63,617 nucleotides of DNA, filler included, from Octopus bimaculoides (GCF_001194135.2; 7 parts of 6 records of this genome joined end to end with filler, not necessarily neighbours in it); one strand, 5' to 3'; counted from the whole stretch's first letter, positions 36,376 to 51,290 are shown. Numbers and translations are program-made. The notes: generated from the letters alone by a model not told the origin.

Positions 36376-38189
36376 ATCCAGCTTTTCTGTTCCACATATT
36401 TAAAAATATTTCGGTATCACCCAATTCAATGGGGGTTTTTATTTTTTTTTGCGTCGGTTCATTTGATTCAGTAATGTTCTTCAAAAAAACACGATCTTCA
36501 CAAATTCTTGTTTTCTTTCTTATCATTAATCTGATAAATTGCATGGAAAGAATTGAATAATGTGATTGAAAACAAATGGTTACTAAAGACGTCTGACATG
36601 AAATTGTTGTATGCCATGTTTACAGACGTCTCCAGTGATTGTCTCTCTATCTTCCTCTTTCTCTCTTTTCCCTCCTCCTCCCACTTCTTTCCTGCCTTTT
36701 CTTCCTCCCCTTTACTGTCTTTTGTCAACTTGCTCAACAAATATTCACTCTATAATTATTGTTTTGTTTCTTTTTGTGGGTTTACCGAGGTTTTGCTTCT
36801 ATTTTCTAGTAATTGTTATTCACTTGTTTTGGAAAGCTTTCTTTTATCGTTCGGCATTTCCTCACTCAAGCAAAACTTGAAGTTTTATTCTATGAGAATA
36901 AAACTTTTTGAAAAAGAAATAAGGTCTTCTTTTATTTATCCTTGCCTCTGCTTATATCTTCCTAGCTCTCTTAGCTGATGTTGCTTGCCAAGAGGTGATA
37001 TATTTGCCTTTCAAATACATCCTTTTAAAGCAAGCTTTCAGTTCAGTTTGCAAAATAAGGTACCCATGAGCCGGGCTTCACTCCTCCGTTGATATCATAA
37101 CACATCAATCCACCACATCTTTGCAAATACCCCCGTACCTGCCCACGCATGTTACATAATTCAGACGACCCAATAAAACAGCGTTCGGGTTTTATATTTG
37201 TCTGTATGCTTGAGTGCGTGCCTGAGTGTATGGATGTGTGTTGAGTATATTGAGACTGATGGGTCAAAAGAATATTGATGGTCCTTAAAGAGTGAAACAA
37301 TCACCAAGTTAAAACACAACCGGTCAGATATTGCGTGGGACAAGAAACATTAACTCTGTTGTGGAAAACAGTTGCCTTCTGGATACCAATGGGGTCAGAA
37401 AAGTACAGGAGAAATAGGGCAGCTATGAATCACTGATACATTTCAAATCCAATACCCAAGATGCATTTTCAGTTTCATGTTATTGAAGCAAAACGATATG
37501 TAACAACTCACTCGAGGTAAAATATAACCGAAGCTGAGTTCTTAATTCATACGCGTCAAATGATCGCGATATCTGGGACAATAAAAATCTGTAAGACATT
37601 CTTAAGATTTTGAGGCTGATGAACAAGACAAGATGCAACAAACTTGCTACAAAGCAGGTGACTGAATTTCAATTAAAAAGAGAAAAAGAAAACATTCATA
37701 CATATTTATTAATGTATGTGTCTATGGACATATGTATATGTAACATAATCGTCACCAAATCGTTTCTATACAAGTGAAGCCCTCGGTACCTCGATGAAAT
37801 TAAACACACTTATATCTAGGAAGGGAGGAGGCTTGAAGTATTGTGAACAGGGGCTCAATGAAGTCGTATTACTCTAATTACTTTTGCCTATTATCACCAG
37901 AAAGGAATAAGTTATTTAAGCTTTGGTCGATGTAATGTAATTCTGCTGTGAACAATAAAAGAAACATTAGCGATCCTCTCAGACACAGACAATATATCCC
38001 ATGTAGATATCTGAAGAGACAGCGAAGGAGAAAACGCCTGGTGTCATTTGACAAATCCTTCATCTCTTTGGAAATAAAGCAAATAGATTAGAGGCAAAAA
38101 GAGAAAGTATTTGGGTTTAACAAGTCTGGTTTGTCTTCCAGTTACATCCTATCACATACATAGAATTTTAATGTTTAATTCTAGAATTG

Positions 38190-38279
<90 letters not shown>

Positions 38280-38433
38280 TAGATAGATATATGTAAATAT
38301 AAATATATGTGAGTGCCCACGTGTGAGTGCGTGTGTGTGTGTATATGCGTGTAAATCTCTCTATATATATGTACCAGCATAAATATATGTACATATAGAT
38401 ATTTAAACATGCTCACACACACACACATACACG

Positions 38434-38481
<48 letters not shown>

Positions 38482-38525
38482 AATATATATAGATAGATAG
38501 ATAAATGTAAATATAAAATATATGC

Positions 38526-38581
38526 GAGTGCCCACATGTGAGTGCCCACATGTGAGTGCCCACATGTGAGTGGTCACATGT
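38526..38581. repeat. 14-bp minisatellite (gagtgcccacatgt) x4 inside a local block duplication
   Basis: Units at 38526, 38540, 38554 and 38568 (variant); surrounding blocks ~38280-38430 and ~38480-38748 are paralogous. Confidence 0.85.
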
Positions 38582-38616
38582 GAATGCGTGTTAGTATGTG
38601 TGTGTGTGTGTGTGTT

Positions 38617-38652
<36 letters not shown>

Positions 38653-39507
38653 CGTGCGTGCTTGCGTGTAAATGTCTATATATAATATATACCAGCATAG
38701 ATATATGTACATAAACATATTGAAACATGCTCACACACACACACACACAGTTAAGAATGTTTCACGTGCCAGTGCTTTCGTTAGCACAGAATTGTCTGAA
38801 GAGCATGAAAACGCGCGAAACGTAGTCAAAAAGCAATGATTATTATATTGCTGCATAGACTACTTTACACGTTTATTATTAGTCTTTCGCATGTTGGAAG
38901 TTTAAGTGAACATGTAGTCTACACTAATAATAGTGGTTTTGACCTCTACTAATAACTGCTGTTTGTGTAACTGTATGATCTTACATTTATCCTTCGCAAA
39001 GCAATGAAGAAATCCTGTAGAACCTGTTGGTGGATACACTTTTTTTACATTGCCTAATTTGGCTAAAGTAACAGCAACAACAGAAGACAACCGGATGTAG
39101 AGGTATGGCGTTATAAAAGATAGGTCGATGATGATGATGATGATCAGCATTATCGTAATCAGGAAAACTATCAAACTTAGCAGCAAACACGTTCAACGAC
39201 ATTAATCCTACAAAACAACATTGGTGCCTTATCTGTTAATAGCTACTTAGTTTATCTGTTGACAGAAATTGCTTTCTCAAACAGATGCATTGTTCTCTAC
39301 ACTTTCGCTTCTGTAAAAGTAATTTGCTCCCCCCTCTCCTTCCTTCTCTCTGTTTCTCTCTCTCTCCATTTCTTAGTTTGTTTAATGTGGGTATATTCAT
39401 GCACGCACACACACACACACAGATGCATGGACACATAATTACTACTGTTTTTGTGTGTGTGCATGCGTGTATGCATGCATCGTGTGTGTGTGTGTGTGTG
39501 TGTGTGC

Positions 39508-39553
<46 letters not shown>

Positions 39554-40842
39554 NNNNNNNNNNNNNNNNNNNNNNNNNNNNNNNNNNNNNNNNNNNNNNN
39601 NNNNNNNNNNNNNNNNNNNNNNNNNNNNNNNNNNNNNNNNNNNNNNNNNNNNNNNNNNNNNNNNNNNNNNNNNNNNNNNNNNNNNNNNNNNNNNNNNNNN
39701 NNNNNNNNNNNNNNNNNNNNNNNNNNNNNNNNNNNNNNNNNNNNNNNNNNNNNNNNNNNNNNNNNNNNNNNNNNNNNNNNNNNNNNNNNNNNNNNNNNNN
39801 NNNNNNNNNNNNNNNNNNNNNNNNNNNNNNNNNNNNNNNNNNNNNNNNNNNNNNNNNNNNNNNNNNNNNNNNNNNNNNNNNNNNNNNNNNNNNNNNNNNN
39901 NNNNNNNNNNNNNNNNNNNNNNNNNNNNNNNNNNNNNNNNNNNNNNNNNNNNNNNNNNNNNNNNNNNNNNNNNNNNNNNNNNNNNNNNNNNNNNNNNNNN
40001 NNNNNNNNNNNNNNNNNNNNNNNNNNNNNNNNNNNNNNNNNNNNNNNNNNNNNNNNNNNNNNNNNNNNNNNNNNNNNNNNNNNNNNNNNNNNNNNNNNNN
40101 NNNNNNNNNNNNNNNNNNNNNNNNNNNNNNNNNNNNNNNNNNAAGACCCTCATAAAGATAGACACAATATTCGCAAACCGACATTATCTCTGCAAATGTC
40201 TGCTTACCATAGATTCTTTGTGACTATTTACTTAGCCGTAAGCGTGCTTACTGTGTGAGCTAAATAAAAAAGTTCTGCGTTTTCCGATCTATTTTTAAGA
40301 AATTAATCAAGAAAACCCATTTAAAGATATTATCTGAAAATATGTTGTAACAACCGAGCAGCAGCAGATAACAAGCTTTCTCTGATCTGTGGATGAAATT
40401 ATATCGTGGTTACAATGTTTCGGTTTGAGCCAGATCACAAATGAACATAGATAAACGCATTTATAAATGCATATAGGAATGTATTGAAAGTCCGCTTTGA
40501 TACAGAATTGAAAATCGGTTTCTGAAGTCACAAAGTTTTACCATCGTCCACCTGTGAATAATCCAGAAATACATGCTATGGATAATCCGATAATACACCA
40601 TGGATGATCTAGCAAATATACTATTGATAATCGAATCGATTATATTATTTCCAATCAAACTTCTTCTTTACTCGAAGAAATTGCCTCCAGGATTTACTCT
40701 AAGCCTCGTATTTATTCTATCGATCTTTTGCTCAAGCGCTAAGTTAGGAGGGTATGGTTGACGAGCGGTGGAGGAACAAGCACAAACGCACGCGCATGCC
40801 CACGTACGCACACAAACACACACACTCACACACACATATATT

Positions 40843-41218
40843 CAATGGCCCAGTGGTTAGGACAGCGGATTCGTAGTCGTAGGATCGCAGTTTCGATTCC
40901 CAGACCGGGCGTTGTGAATGTTTATTGAGCGAAATCACCTAAAGCTCCACGAGCCTCCGGCAGGAAATGGTGGCGAATCCTGCTGTACTCTTTCACCACA
41001 ACTTTCTCTCACTCTTACTTCCTGTTTCTGTTGTGCCTGTATTGCAAAAGGGCCAACCATGTGACACTCTGTGTCACGCTGAATCTCCCCGAGAACTACT
41101 TTAAGGGTACACGTGTCTGTGGAGTGCTCAGCCAGTTGCACGTTACTTTCACGAGCAGGCTGTTCCGTTAATCGGATCAACTGGAACCCTCGTAGTCGTA
41201 ACCGACGGAGTGCCACGA
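40843..41218 (+). mobile_element. SINE family D
   Basis: A box tggcccagtgg, B box gtttcgattccc; aligns with 5111-5440. Confidence 0.9.
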
Positions 41219-42192
41219 TATATATACATATACATATACATATACATACATACATATACATATATATATANNNNNNNNNNNNNNNNNNNNNNNNNNNNNN
41301 NNNNNNNNNNNNNNNNNNNNNNNNNNNNNNNNNNNNNNNNNNNNNNNNNNNNNNNNNNNNNNNNNTGTATATGTATATGTATATATATATATAACTTATA
41401 AGGGAAGATTAATCGTTTCCCGTTCATTGCAAATACCTTCGTTTTCGGTCCTGTGACTGTGATAAGCAAAGAAAATTCGAACTTAGAACATAGAGGAACA
41501 AAACTAATGCCGCAACACAACAAAACCCGTCTCATATTAATGAATATAAAAAACTTTGGTGTTTATTTATCTCGTGTTGTTGTTGTCTTGCTGTGAAGAG
41601 AAGATGCAAGACAAGATATAGATAAGTTTGATGTAGGATTTGGTTTGCAATCTGATACTACAGATTAGTGAGATATCTCGCTTTTAATTCCTGGTATCAT
41701 AAAAGATAAACTCTTATGCCAGCTAGTTTGTACTTTACTAAATCAAGTATATTGGTGTCTAAACACTGAGAAACACAGTCTTTAGACATATTTAAAGTAT
41801 GAAAGCGGTTGCCATACATTCGTTCATTGTATGTGCAGCTGTGCATTGCACATGCGTTTATGCGTTGAACGTGCATTCTATGCAAATATATAACATGAAT
41901 AACCTTTTTTCTTTTACTATTGACCTGTTTAACATAAAAATATATACATTTTGAAATATTAGGCCACATTGACAAATTGTCAGTACTGGGACATCTTTAC
42001 GCTAACAAGGAAAGAGAATCCACACACGCACACACGCACACACACACATACACGCATACAGACACACACATAAAGACAAATAAAATGTTTGTCAGTCTTG
42101 AGTTTGGAAGGAGAGAAAGAAAAAATGTTTTTAAACGATGAGGAGAATTGAGATGAGACCAAATAACATTACCGACCTCTCTCTTTCCATCA

Positions 42193-42273
<81 letters not shown>

Positions 42274-42362
42274 ATCCTCTTTCTAGTCTCTCTCTCTTCT
42301 TTCTTTCCATCTCTCTAACACTCTCTCCTTTCACTCTCTAATTTTCTCCCCTTTCTCTCCAT

Positions 42363-42412
<50 letters not shown>

Positions 42413-43357
42413 GACTATTCTTGCTCTTCGTCTATATTTCTTCTCTCCTCTTCTACCTCCTCCTCTTCCTCCCCCTCCCTTCTCAATACACACATACATC
42501 ATATCATTATATCTCACTGACATATTTAACCCACGTTCACCATTAGCCACGCCCACTTATTTACATTTTTTTTACACTAATGTCACTTAAGTCCCTTTGT
42601 ATGTTTATGTACAGTTGTATTCACTACTTCACAAGCACCACACACACACACACACACACACCTACACACACACACTACACGTACATTACACATTCACACA
42701 AGCATGTTTTATATGTCACCGTCACCCCTTCACCCATACACAGGGAATATATACATGTTTGTGTATATATACGCATGCATGAATATATGTATACATTTAG
42801 CTATGTATGCATATGTGTGTGTGTGTGTGTGTATTTATATATATACATTTTGTTACTGAAATCCGATAGTGTGTCGAAAGACTATCTTAAGAAAGCACGA
42901 CCCTCTTCAAGTATTCAATTCCCAGATCTTTCAAAGGCTCACAATCCTGCCACCACCACCTGCTATCCAGCTACCACTGTAAATGCTAGATACCCCACCA
43001 GTCTATCCACCTACTTTAGGGTTTATAAAATTTTATTAAATCTTTCTTCTTTTTTGCCTATTTTTGATAATAAACTTGCAACATACTACAATACTCAAGT
43101 TAATGCTAGCATAACTAATAATTATTAAATTGCGAGAAGTATACATACGGCAAAGAATTAGTGTAAATATAGAAGTGCACGAGGGGCACTACGTTGTCAA
43201 CAAGGTCGCATGCTATAACGGCAAAACATTGACATAATTGTTAACAAATATTAACCAATACGCATATTCGTACATAAATTATATGCAATATATTATACTG
43301 TGTATATGTTATCTATTTATTATTGTATGCGTGTATGAGTGTGTATAAATATAGATA

Positions 43358-43396
<39 letters not shown>

Positions 43397-43920
43397 NNNN
43401 NNNNNNNNNNNNNNNNNNNNNNNNNNNNNNNNNNNNNNNNNNNNNNNNNNNNNNNNNNNNNNNNNNNNNNNAGAGAGAGAGAGAGAGAGAGATTCACATG
43501 TACACACATGGTCGGTTTCGCGCATATTTGCATACATATAAGACCCTTAAATGCACATCTGCCTATATGTATATATATTAAATGAAGGTGTATCCGTACA
43601 ATCGGGTGGGTGGTGCATACATTAGCTTCATAAACATATGTTAAGTAGAAGAGAAATTAGGTTAGTGCCAGTCAGAGATAATAACTCTATTACATTACAA
43701 ATTATAATATATATATAGATAGTTGTCATTGAAGCAACACATATTTTTGCAGCTGCTTTCCTCTTTTATTACATAGATTTTTTCAGATATTTCTGATATA
43801 TTTGTCTGTTTTTTGTTGTTGTTTTCTTTGTGTGTGTGTGTGTGTGTGTGTTTTTACTACAATCAAGTGGATAAGTAGCGGCTGCGCTCATGACTGTGCA
43901 TGTCCTTCAACGCTCTCATT

Positions 43921-44460
43921 CTCTGAAAGTATTGTCACTGATTCTGTACTAAACGGCTACTAAAGATAGAAGACATCTAAAGGAACAGAAAAAGCAAAAA
44001 GGTAAGCTGAACAAAGAGCGGTCCATGAATGAATCCCAAAACCCAGTCGTCGGAGAAACGAGATATTTTCTCAATGCAACAATTAATAGTAATACTAATA
44101 GTTTCTGATATGGTTACCAGGACAGAAATATGACACGTTGAAACAGACAATTAGAGTGACGCCAGTGCTTGACTGGTGATTGGCCCATCTCATCAGATGC
44201 TCGGAGCAGAGTCTGCTCCCAACATCTGATGTGTTGGATTTATTCTTTGCACCCGCGAAACTTCGAGTCATGTAGACTTGAGTCAAACTGGTATTAAAAA
44301 TAATATAACTCCAGCCAAAGACATTGAGTGTTACTTTCTTTCGTTTGTTCACTCACTCTGAATGTATTGTGGGTGATTCTGTATTAAATGGGTGCTAAAT
44401 TTAGAAGATATCTAAAGGAACAGAAAAAGAAAAAAATGTAAGCCGAACAAGGAATGTTCC
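43921..44460. repeat. Two ~105-bp direct repeats (43921-44024 and 44356-44460) enclosing a fold-back and a hammerhead-like motif
   Basis: About 80% identity by eye, period ~435 bp; 41-nt hairpin at 44191-44231. Confidence 0.8.
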
Positions 44461-45078
44461 AGATATAACTTAGATAACTTAGATGTTTCAACCAAAGATT
44501 GGCCCAGGTCATGTCTAACTTAATAGCACCACCTTGTGTACACACACACACACACACATGTATATATATATATATATATATATATACGTATTTTTAAGGC
44601 CTTATTAAACACATTCACCGGTTCGATTTTCACTCATTTATTTATCTTTTCAAATTAATAAGGCATTAAAACAGAATGACTCTCCCCAGACAATAAAATA
44701 TGCTTCAACACACGAATTCACTTAAAGAATCTTGCAAACCAAATACAAAAACGAAATATATATATATACCGAGAGAGAGAGAGAGAAAGAGAGATAAACA
44801 TATATATAAACATATATATATATATATAAAATATATACTTATACACATATATACACATAGATACACACACATACACATGCGCGCGTGCACGTATATGAAA
44901 TGGAAAGTGCAGCTGTTCAATTGACGCATAGTTTTAACACTAAGTTGTTTCGATTTGCATTAATGGAGGCGAGGAGACAAACAGACAGACAGAGTAAAAA
45001 GAGAATGAAAGCAGTGAGGGAATTATCTGCACTGAAGTGACCTCTGTCGAGCTACGTCAAATTTATTTTAGCGTTCAC

Positions 45079-45113
<35 letters not shown>

Positions 45114-45242
45114 GGAGGAGAAAAAACGCTGTTATGACTGCCATGTTTATGTAAAATACCTAATTTAAATCGGGCAATATGCGCTAGTTTAGCTGTGCTA
45201 CAGTTGCATCACAGCGTGAGAAACAAATGAATATGCATATTA

Positions 45243-45278
<36 letters not shown>

Positions 45279-45612
45279 AAATTATCTATCTATCTATCAA
45301 ATTATCTATCTATCTATCTATCCATGGAGACACACACACACATACACACACACATACACACACACATACACACACATATACACACACACATACACACACA
45401 CATACACACAGATTTACTTTTGTTTCACTGTCGATACGTGATCTTGAATCAGATCAGTTGCCAAACAATTCTGCCATATTGTAAGTCTCGGCAAGCATTT
45501 AATATTATGTCACTTATACACCATTAAATATTGAATTACTCATAATGCCATTGTATTCAACTCTACCAACATTAAAACATTTATGTATGCAAGCACGAAC
45601 ACATACACGCAT

Positions 45613-45668
<56 letters not shown>

Positions 45669-45691
45669 GGTGGTGGTGGTGGTGGTAATAA

Positions 45692-45729
<38 letters not shown>

Positions 45730-45801
45730 ATAGTAGTAGTGGTGGTGATGGTGTGGTGGTGGTGGTAGTAGTAGTAGAAATGATGATGATGATGATAATG
45801 A

Positions 45802-45970
45802 TGGTTTCAAATTTTGGCACAAGGCCAGCAATTTCGAGGGCGGGGTAAGTCCATTACATCGACTCCAACGAAGAAAAAATGAAAGGCAAAAACGATGTCG
45901 GCGGAATTTGGACGCAGAACGTAAAGACGGACGAAATGCCGCTAAACATTTCGTCCGGTGTGCTTACGAT
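45802..45970 (-). mobile_element. SINE B-related copy (alternative tail), internally deleted
   Basis: tggtttcaaattttggcacaaggccagcaatttc...gcggaatttggacgcagaacgtaaagacggacgaaatgccgctaa is the reverse complement of 49110-49322. Confidence 0.8.
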
Positions 45971-46279
45971 GGCGATTGCGTAGAAACTCCCCTATTGTTC
46001 CTTTAGCCCCAGGTCAACCTTGATGAAGAAAACCTATGGTCAAAGAAATTCACGATATGGTATGATTTGAGGAAGATTTCACTACGACGTTTTGCAATTC
46101 TACGTTAGCCTGTCTCCGAAATAATGTTCTTGTTGATGCTGTTTGCTAATTGTTAGACTTGAAACTACATCTCGACCCTTTTTAATGCGATCCGTCCCCT
46201 ACTTTAACAACAACAACATTGACATGCGGGGAAATGGAGAAACACATAATCGTAGTCTTTCTTTTTCAACTCATTAGAT

Positions 46280-46340
<61 letters not shown>

Positions 46341-46504
46341 CTTTTATACATCTCTTCCATTTAACGTATCTCGTTTCTTGCTAATTTTTCTCTCTTTCTC
46401 TTTCTCTTTCTTTCTCTGTTTCTCTCTGTTTCTCCCTCTCTGTCTTTCTCTCTTGCTTTCGCTGTCTTACGCTTTTTTTTCTCTCTACCACTTCCCCTCT
46501 TTTT

Positions 46505-46555
<51 letters not shown>

Positions 46556-47153
46556 TCCCTCACCATCTTTCACCCGTCCACCCATGCCATATCATCTCAG
46601 TTTACTCCCTTCTCGCACCCATTCTTTTCTCTCACCTTTTCTTTTATCTTCTACAATTCCCTCCATTTCTCTCGTCTCTCGTCTCTCTGTCTCTCTCCGC
46701 GTATCCGTTCTTCCATTCAATGTCTGCTGACCAAGCAACACACAGGCACCTCTTTAGACGGGAGCCACACCAGTTTTTATCTTTTTTGTGTATTTTAACA
46801 ACGCACTGAAAGATTGATAGAAACAGAAAGTGGTAAATGTATCGGTGAGTGCGCGTGTGAATGTGTGTGGTGTGTGTGTGTGTCTTTATGCTTTCCTAAC
46901 CCAAATCTTAATCTGTGGTTCGTGTGTGTCACACAACGCCTACTGTTAATGGCTTGCTTCGTCTTCTTATCGAAATAGATATGATAAAACAGATACCAAG
47001 GTATGAATGCAAACAGTATAATCATGTTTGGATTTATACACACACACACACACACACACACGTACTCAAACACACGCATACGCATACACACGCATACTCA
47101 CACACATATACACCGCATACACCCCTTCATATAGAAACACGCACGCACAAATG

Positions 47154-47190
<37 letters not shown>

Positions 47191-47300
47191 TCGTCGTTCC
47201 ATTGCCTCTTAGCCGCATCGATAAACTCAAACGCCAAAAGATTTCGCTTTCTTAAAAAAAATCAAAACATGTCTTCTGGTGAAAGTCGCTAATGATGAAA

Positions 47301-47484
47301 GTCGCTGGACGAAATGCTGAACGGTATTTCGCCCGTCGCTACGTTCTGAGTTAAAATTCCGCCGAGGTCGACTATGCCTATCATCCTTTCGGGGTCGATA
47401 CCAGTGAATCACTGGGGTCGACGTAATCGACTAGTCCCCTCCCCTCAAATTTCAGGCCTTCTGCCTATAATAGAAAGGATTATT
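47301..47484 (+). mobile_element. SINE B-related copy
   Basis: acgttctgagttaaaattccgccgaggtcgact...cctttcggggtcgata. Confidence 0.85.
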
Positions 47485-48388
47485 AAATTTCGGCGTTATC
47501 TCCTTTACTACCCTTCTCAAAACCTGTTATTAACGTTAATGGTTTTTCTTCACAATACCAGTTTAATTCCAATTCCTTGAAACAATTTTTTGGCTTGCAG
47601 TATTCATTGCCAATAGCAGACCTTCCGCTTATGACCATCCTCTTTTGGTTTTTTTTTTTATGGTTTTGTTTGCAGGCAGGGTGCATTTAAGACTTTGTTA
47701 TCCAATCTGCTTTTCATTGTCTCACGACAGTTGGGTGTGATTTGACTGCAACGATGTATCAGACATTGTTGAAACTTGTTAATATGACTGATCACCTTTG
47801 ACACCCAAATTCCTCTGGTCACTCATTGGATCCTATGAGCAGATCAATATCTATATACATTCATTAATATTTCCACATTCACTCAAAGCTCTGGCACTGA
47901 CGTACAGAGACTGTGTCAATTCGTATTTCTTGGTTATCTGCATCAACGCTTCATTTAAATATACACTCACTGCTAATACGATCTTATCAAAATATTTTAG
48001 TTAATTACTCTTGCTTTAATTTAACTCTTAAAATAATCAAATTTTATGAAACAAACGTTTTCTCGCAAATATCATTCATTACATCTGTTTCAGTTGCCAC
48101 TGTTTGACGAATCAACAAAATATTAAATTACAAAACAATTTTTGGAGCGGTTTTATATAATCGTCCGCCACAACTATGTTACCTTTTAAGAAACATCCCA
48201 CGAGACTACTTTAATCCTTTTGAAATTCCATGTGCTTTAGGTGGACCAATCCATGGAAAATAAACAAGAAATTTATTTACGATTTTTAGAAATTCTTCAA
48301 GAATTGTCGTGTTTATTTGTGTGTATGTTTGTGTGCTTGTGTTAGGTTTACATTTTCAAACGTCTATTATAAATGTGTATATATGTGC

Positions 48389-48434
<46 letters not shown>

Positions 48435-49109
48435 ATATATATATATATATATNNNNNNNNNNNNNNNNNNNNNNNNNNNNNNNNNNNNNNNNNNNNNNNN
48501 NNNNNNNNNNNNNNNNNNNNNNNNNNNNNNNNNNNNNNNNNNNNNNNNNNNNNNNNNNNNNNNNNNNNNNNNNNNNNNNCATAGAGAACCGTGGTGGAAT
48601 CGACGGCCATCCAACAGCTGGGAATGAGACACCTTAGTCTTTGTTTAGACAACTCTCCTGGAGACAGAAAAAGTTTTGATGTAACACTTTTTGGAAACAT
48701 GCATTTCATTGTTGCCGGGATGAATGCACGTGGTGCGAAACTCTAAGTAGCAATGGATACTTTAAACTTCAACTTCAAATAAAAATATATACTCCACATC
48801 ATGTATTGAGTATCTTTCCTTCGTAAACAGAAATGTTTACGCACTTGAATAAATTGCGTGTATATCCATGCAGATTAAGAAGAAAGGTCAGAAACACCAG
48901 ATCAAGAATATACAATTTCATTCCCTCAAGGTATTGCAGTCCCTTTTATTTCCAGATATTTGATTTGATTTTGGTTGTCTGCATGTGTGTGTGTGTGTGT
49001 GTATGTACGAGAAAGAGAGAGGGGTGGAGAGAGAGAGTGGGAGAGAGCGGAGGAGGGCGAGAGAAGAACTCAGTAAATATATAATTGTATTATATCGAAA
49101 ATAACAAAA

Positions 49110-49322
49110 GCGACATGCCGGCAGAACCGTTAGCACTCCGGACAAAAATGCTGAACGGCTTTTCGTCCGGCTTTACGTTCTAAGTTCAAATTCCGCCGAG
49201 GTCGACTTTGCCTTTCACCCTTTTGCGGTCGATAAAGTAAGTACCAGTAAAACAATGGGGCCAATCGACTTACCCCCATCCCAGAAATCGCTGGCTTTGT
49301 GCCAGAATTTGAAACCAATATT
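49110..49322 (+). mobile_element. SINE B-related copy (alternative tail)
   Basis: ggcagaaccgttagcactccggac...aagttcaaattccgccgaggtcgactttgcc...gaaaccaatatt. Confidence 0.85.
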
Positions 49323-50108
49323 AGAAAAGTAACAAAATAAAGCTGGAGAACTTACTACAACACGAAAGAGGAAAAGTTTATTATTTCAGGTAAAAAGGCC
49401 CACAATCAGAACTGAATGGAAATAGTTTTCTTTCTCTTTTTTCACTTAAAATATATAAAAGTTCCTTAATTGTCCCTCTTTACATTGAACGAAGCTGTCC
49501 GTCTTCATTATTTTGTTATTTTCCTTCTTCATCACAATACTGAGACGGAACGCCCTTCTTGCAATCATAGAGTTTTACATTGAGACTGATCTATCTCAGT
49601 GAATACAGCTACACAACACTCTCCAGACCGTTATGGTTTTTTTTTTGGCACGGCATCAACCCTTAGATCTCAGTGCGAAATTGAATTCGCAATATGCATT
49701 GCTATTGATTCGTTACACAGACACAAGGCCACAAATTAAGTGAGAAGGGATTAACGGATTAAATCAATCCTAATGCTTAACTCGAGCTTTTATTTTACAC
49801 ACTCCAGGAGAATGGAAAGCAAAGTCGACCTCGGTGGGATTTGAACGCAAGCCTTTGCTGGCTACTTTTCTGCCCTGACCATTGTCAGTAAAACTAAGCG
49901 ACAGATTGGAAATGTAATTACCTCATTACTGAAATGTCTAGCTTGACCGCTGACCGCTGATGTGTCAGACGGTCTGTAATCATCGCTTGGGGCGAGTTAT
50001 TCATATTCAGCCATATGTTCCACGATTCATCCAAGCAACCACAGACAGCCAACGGGCTTCAATTAGGTTCTCGTGTTAGCCTTCACTTCTTTGTGTGCAC
50101 GAGAGAGG

Positions 50109-50144
<36 letters not shown>

Positions 50145-50180
50145 GAGAGAAAGAGAAAGAGAGAGGGGGTGAGAGGGAGG

Positions 50181-50578
50181 GCTGTGTGGTAAGTAGCTTG
50201 CTTACGAACCACATGGTTCCGGGTTCAGTCCCACTTCGTGGTACCTTGGGCAAGTGTCTTCTACTATAGCCTCGGGCCGACCAAAGCCTTGTGAGTGGAT
50301 TTGGTAGACGGAAACTGAAAGAAGCCCGTCGTATATATGTATATATATGTGTATGTGTATATGTTTGTGTGTCTATGTTTGTCCCCCCCCCAACATCGCT
50401 TGACAGCCGATGCTGGTGTGTTTACGTCCCCGTAACTTAGCGGTTCGGCAAAAGAGACCGATAGAATAAGTAATAGGCTTACAAAGAATAAGTCCTGGGG
50501 TCGATTTGCTCGACAAAAGGCGGTGCTCCAGCATGGCCACAGTCAAATGACTGAAACAAGTAAAAGAGTAAAAGAGTG
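50181..50578 (+). mobile_element. Full-length SINE family A (tRNA head, CORE-like block, internal TA/TG tract)
   Basis: B-box-like ggttcagtccc; accttgggcaagtgtcttctactatagcctc resembles the MIR/CORE consensus accttgggcaagtcactt; (taaaagag)n tail. Confidence 0.9.
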
Positions 50579-51207
50579 TAAGTAGGTAGGTAAGTACTTG
50601 ATATGAGGCAACAAATTAGCAGAATCGTTGACGCGTCGAATGCCACAGGGGATTCTAATTGACTGCATTACAGTCTGAGTTCAAATCCTATCAAGGTAAG
50701 CTTTATCTCTTATCCTTCCGGTGACGATAATATACCACCCAAATATTCTTCTTCTTTTCTCTCTCTCACTCTCTTTCTTTCTTTCTTTCTCGGTTACGGG
50801 AGAATAGCATTGTTCTTTTCTTCAGAAGCAAAGAAGAGCAAAACGAAGGACCAGCAACTTCTTTTCCCAGAAAACTAATTTGCTACTTTAACGGCCCAGC
50901 AAAAGATGGCCCAATGTGGCGCATAATACGGGAGGCAAATAAAAGAGAACCACATTCAATACATTCATTCAACATATATAAATACTATACATGCACGCGC
51001 ATGCGTTGCATGTAATTTGTTTCCAGATTTATATATTTATATATAAAAATAAACAAACTTCGTATATGTGGTAAACCTCTTCAACTGTGGGTGTCTGTGT
51101 GCGCATGTATATGAGTATATATATACATATATATGTATGGATGTGTCTATATATGTATGTATGTATGTGTATATATATGTATGTATCTCTCTCTCTTTCT
51201 CTCTCTT

Positions 51208-51290
<83 letters not shown>

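Noticed and set aside
36587-36631. agacgtctg/cagacgtct hairpin as a pre-miRNA
   Set aside because: Only 45 nt with a bulged 14-bp stem, partly due to a self-palindromic 8-mer.
38526-38581. Regularly spaced repeats as a CRISPR-like array (also 4229-4302)
   Set aside because: Head-to-tail tandem units without unique spacers, in a eukaryotic context.
38987-39210. Acceptor-like ttgttttgtag followed by a 70-codon minus-strand frame
   Set aside because: No convincing donor, includes a CAT microsatellite, and no recognisable protein.
41180-41218. SINE D tail vs RTE 3' end (10775-10812) similarity
   Set aside because: Only short gtcg/gacgga matches; not convincing without consensus alignment.
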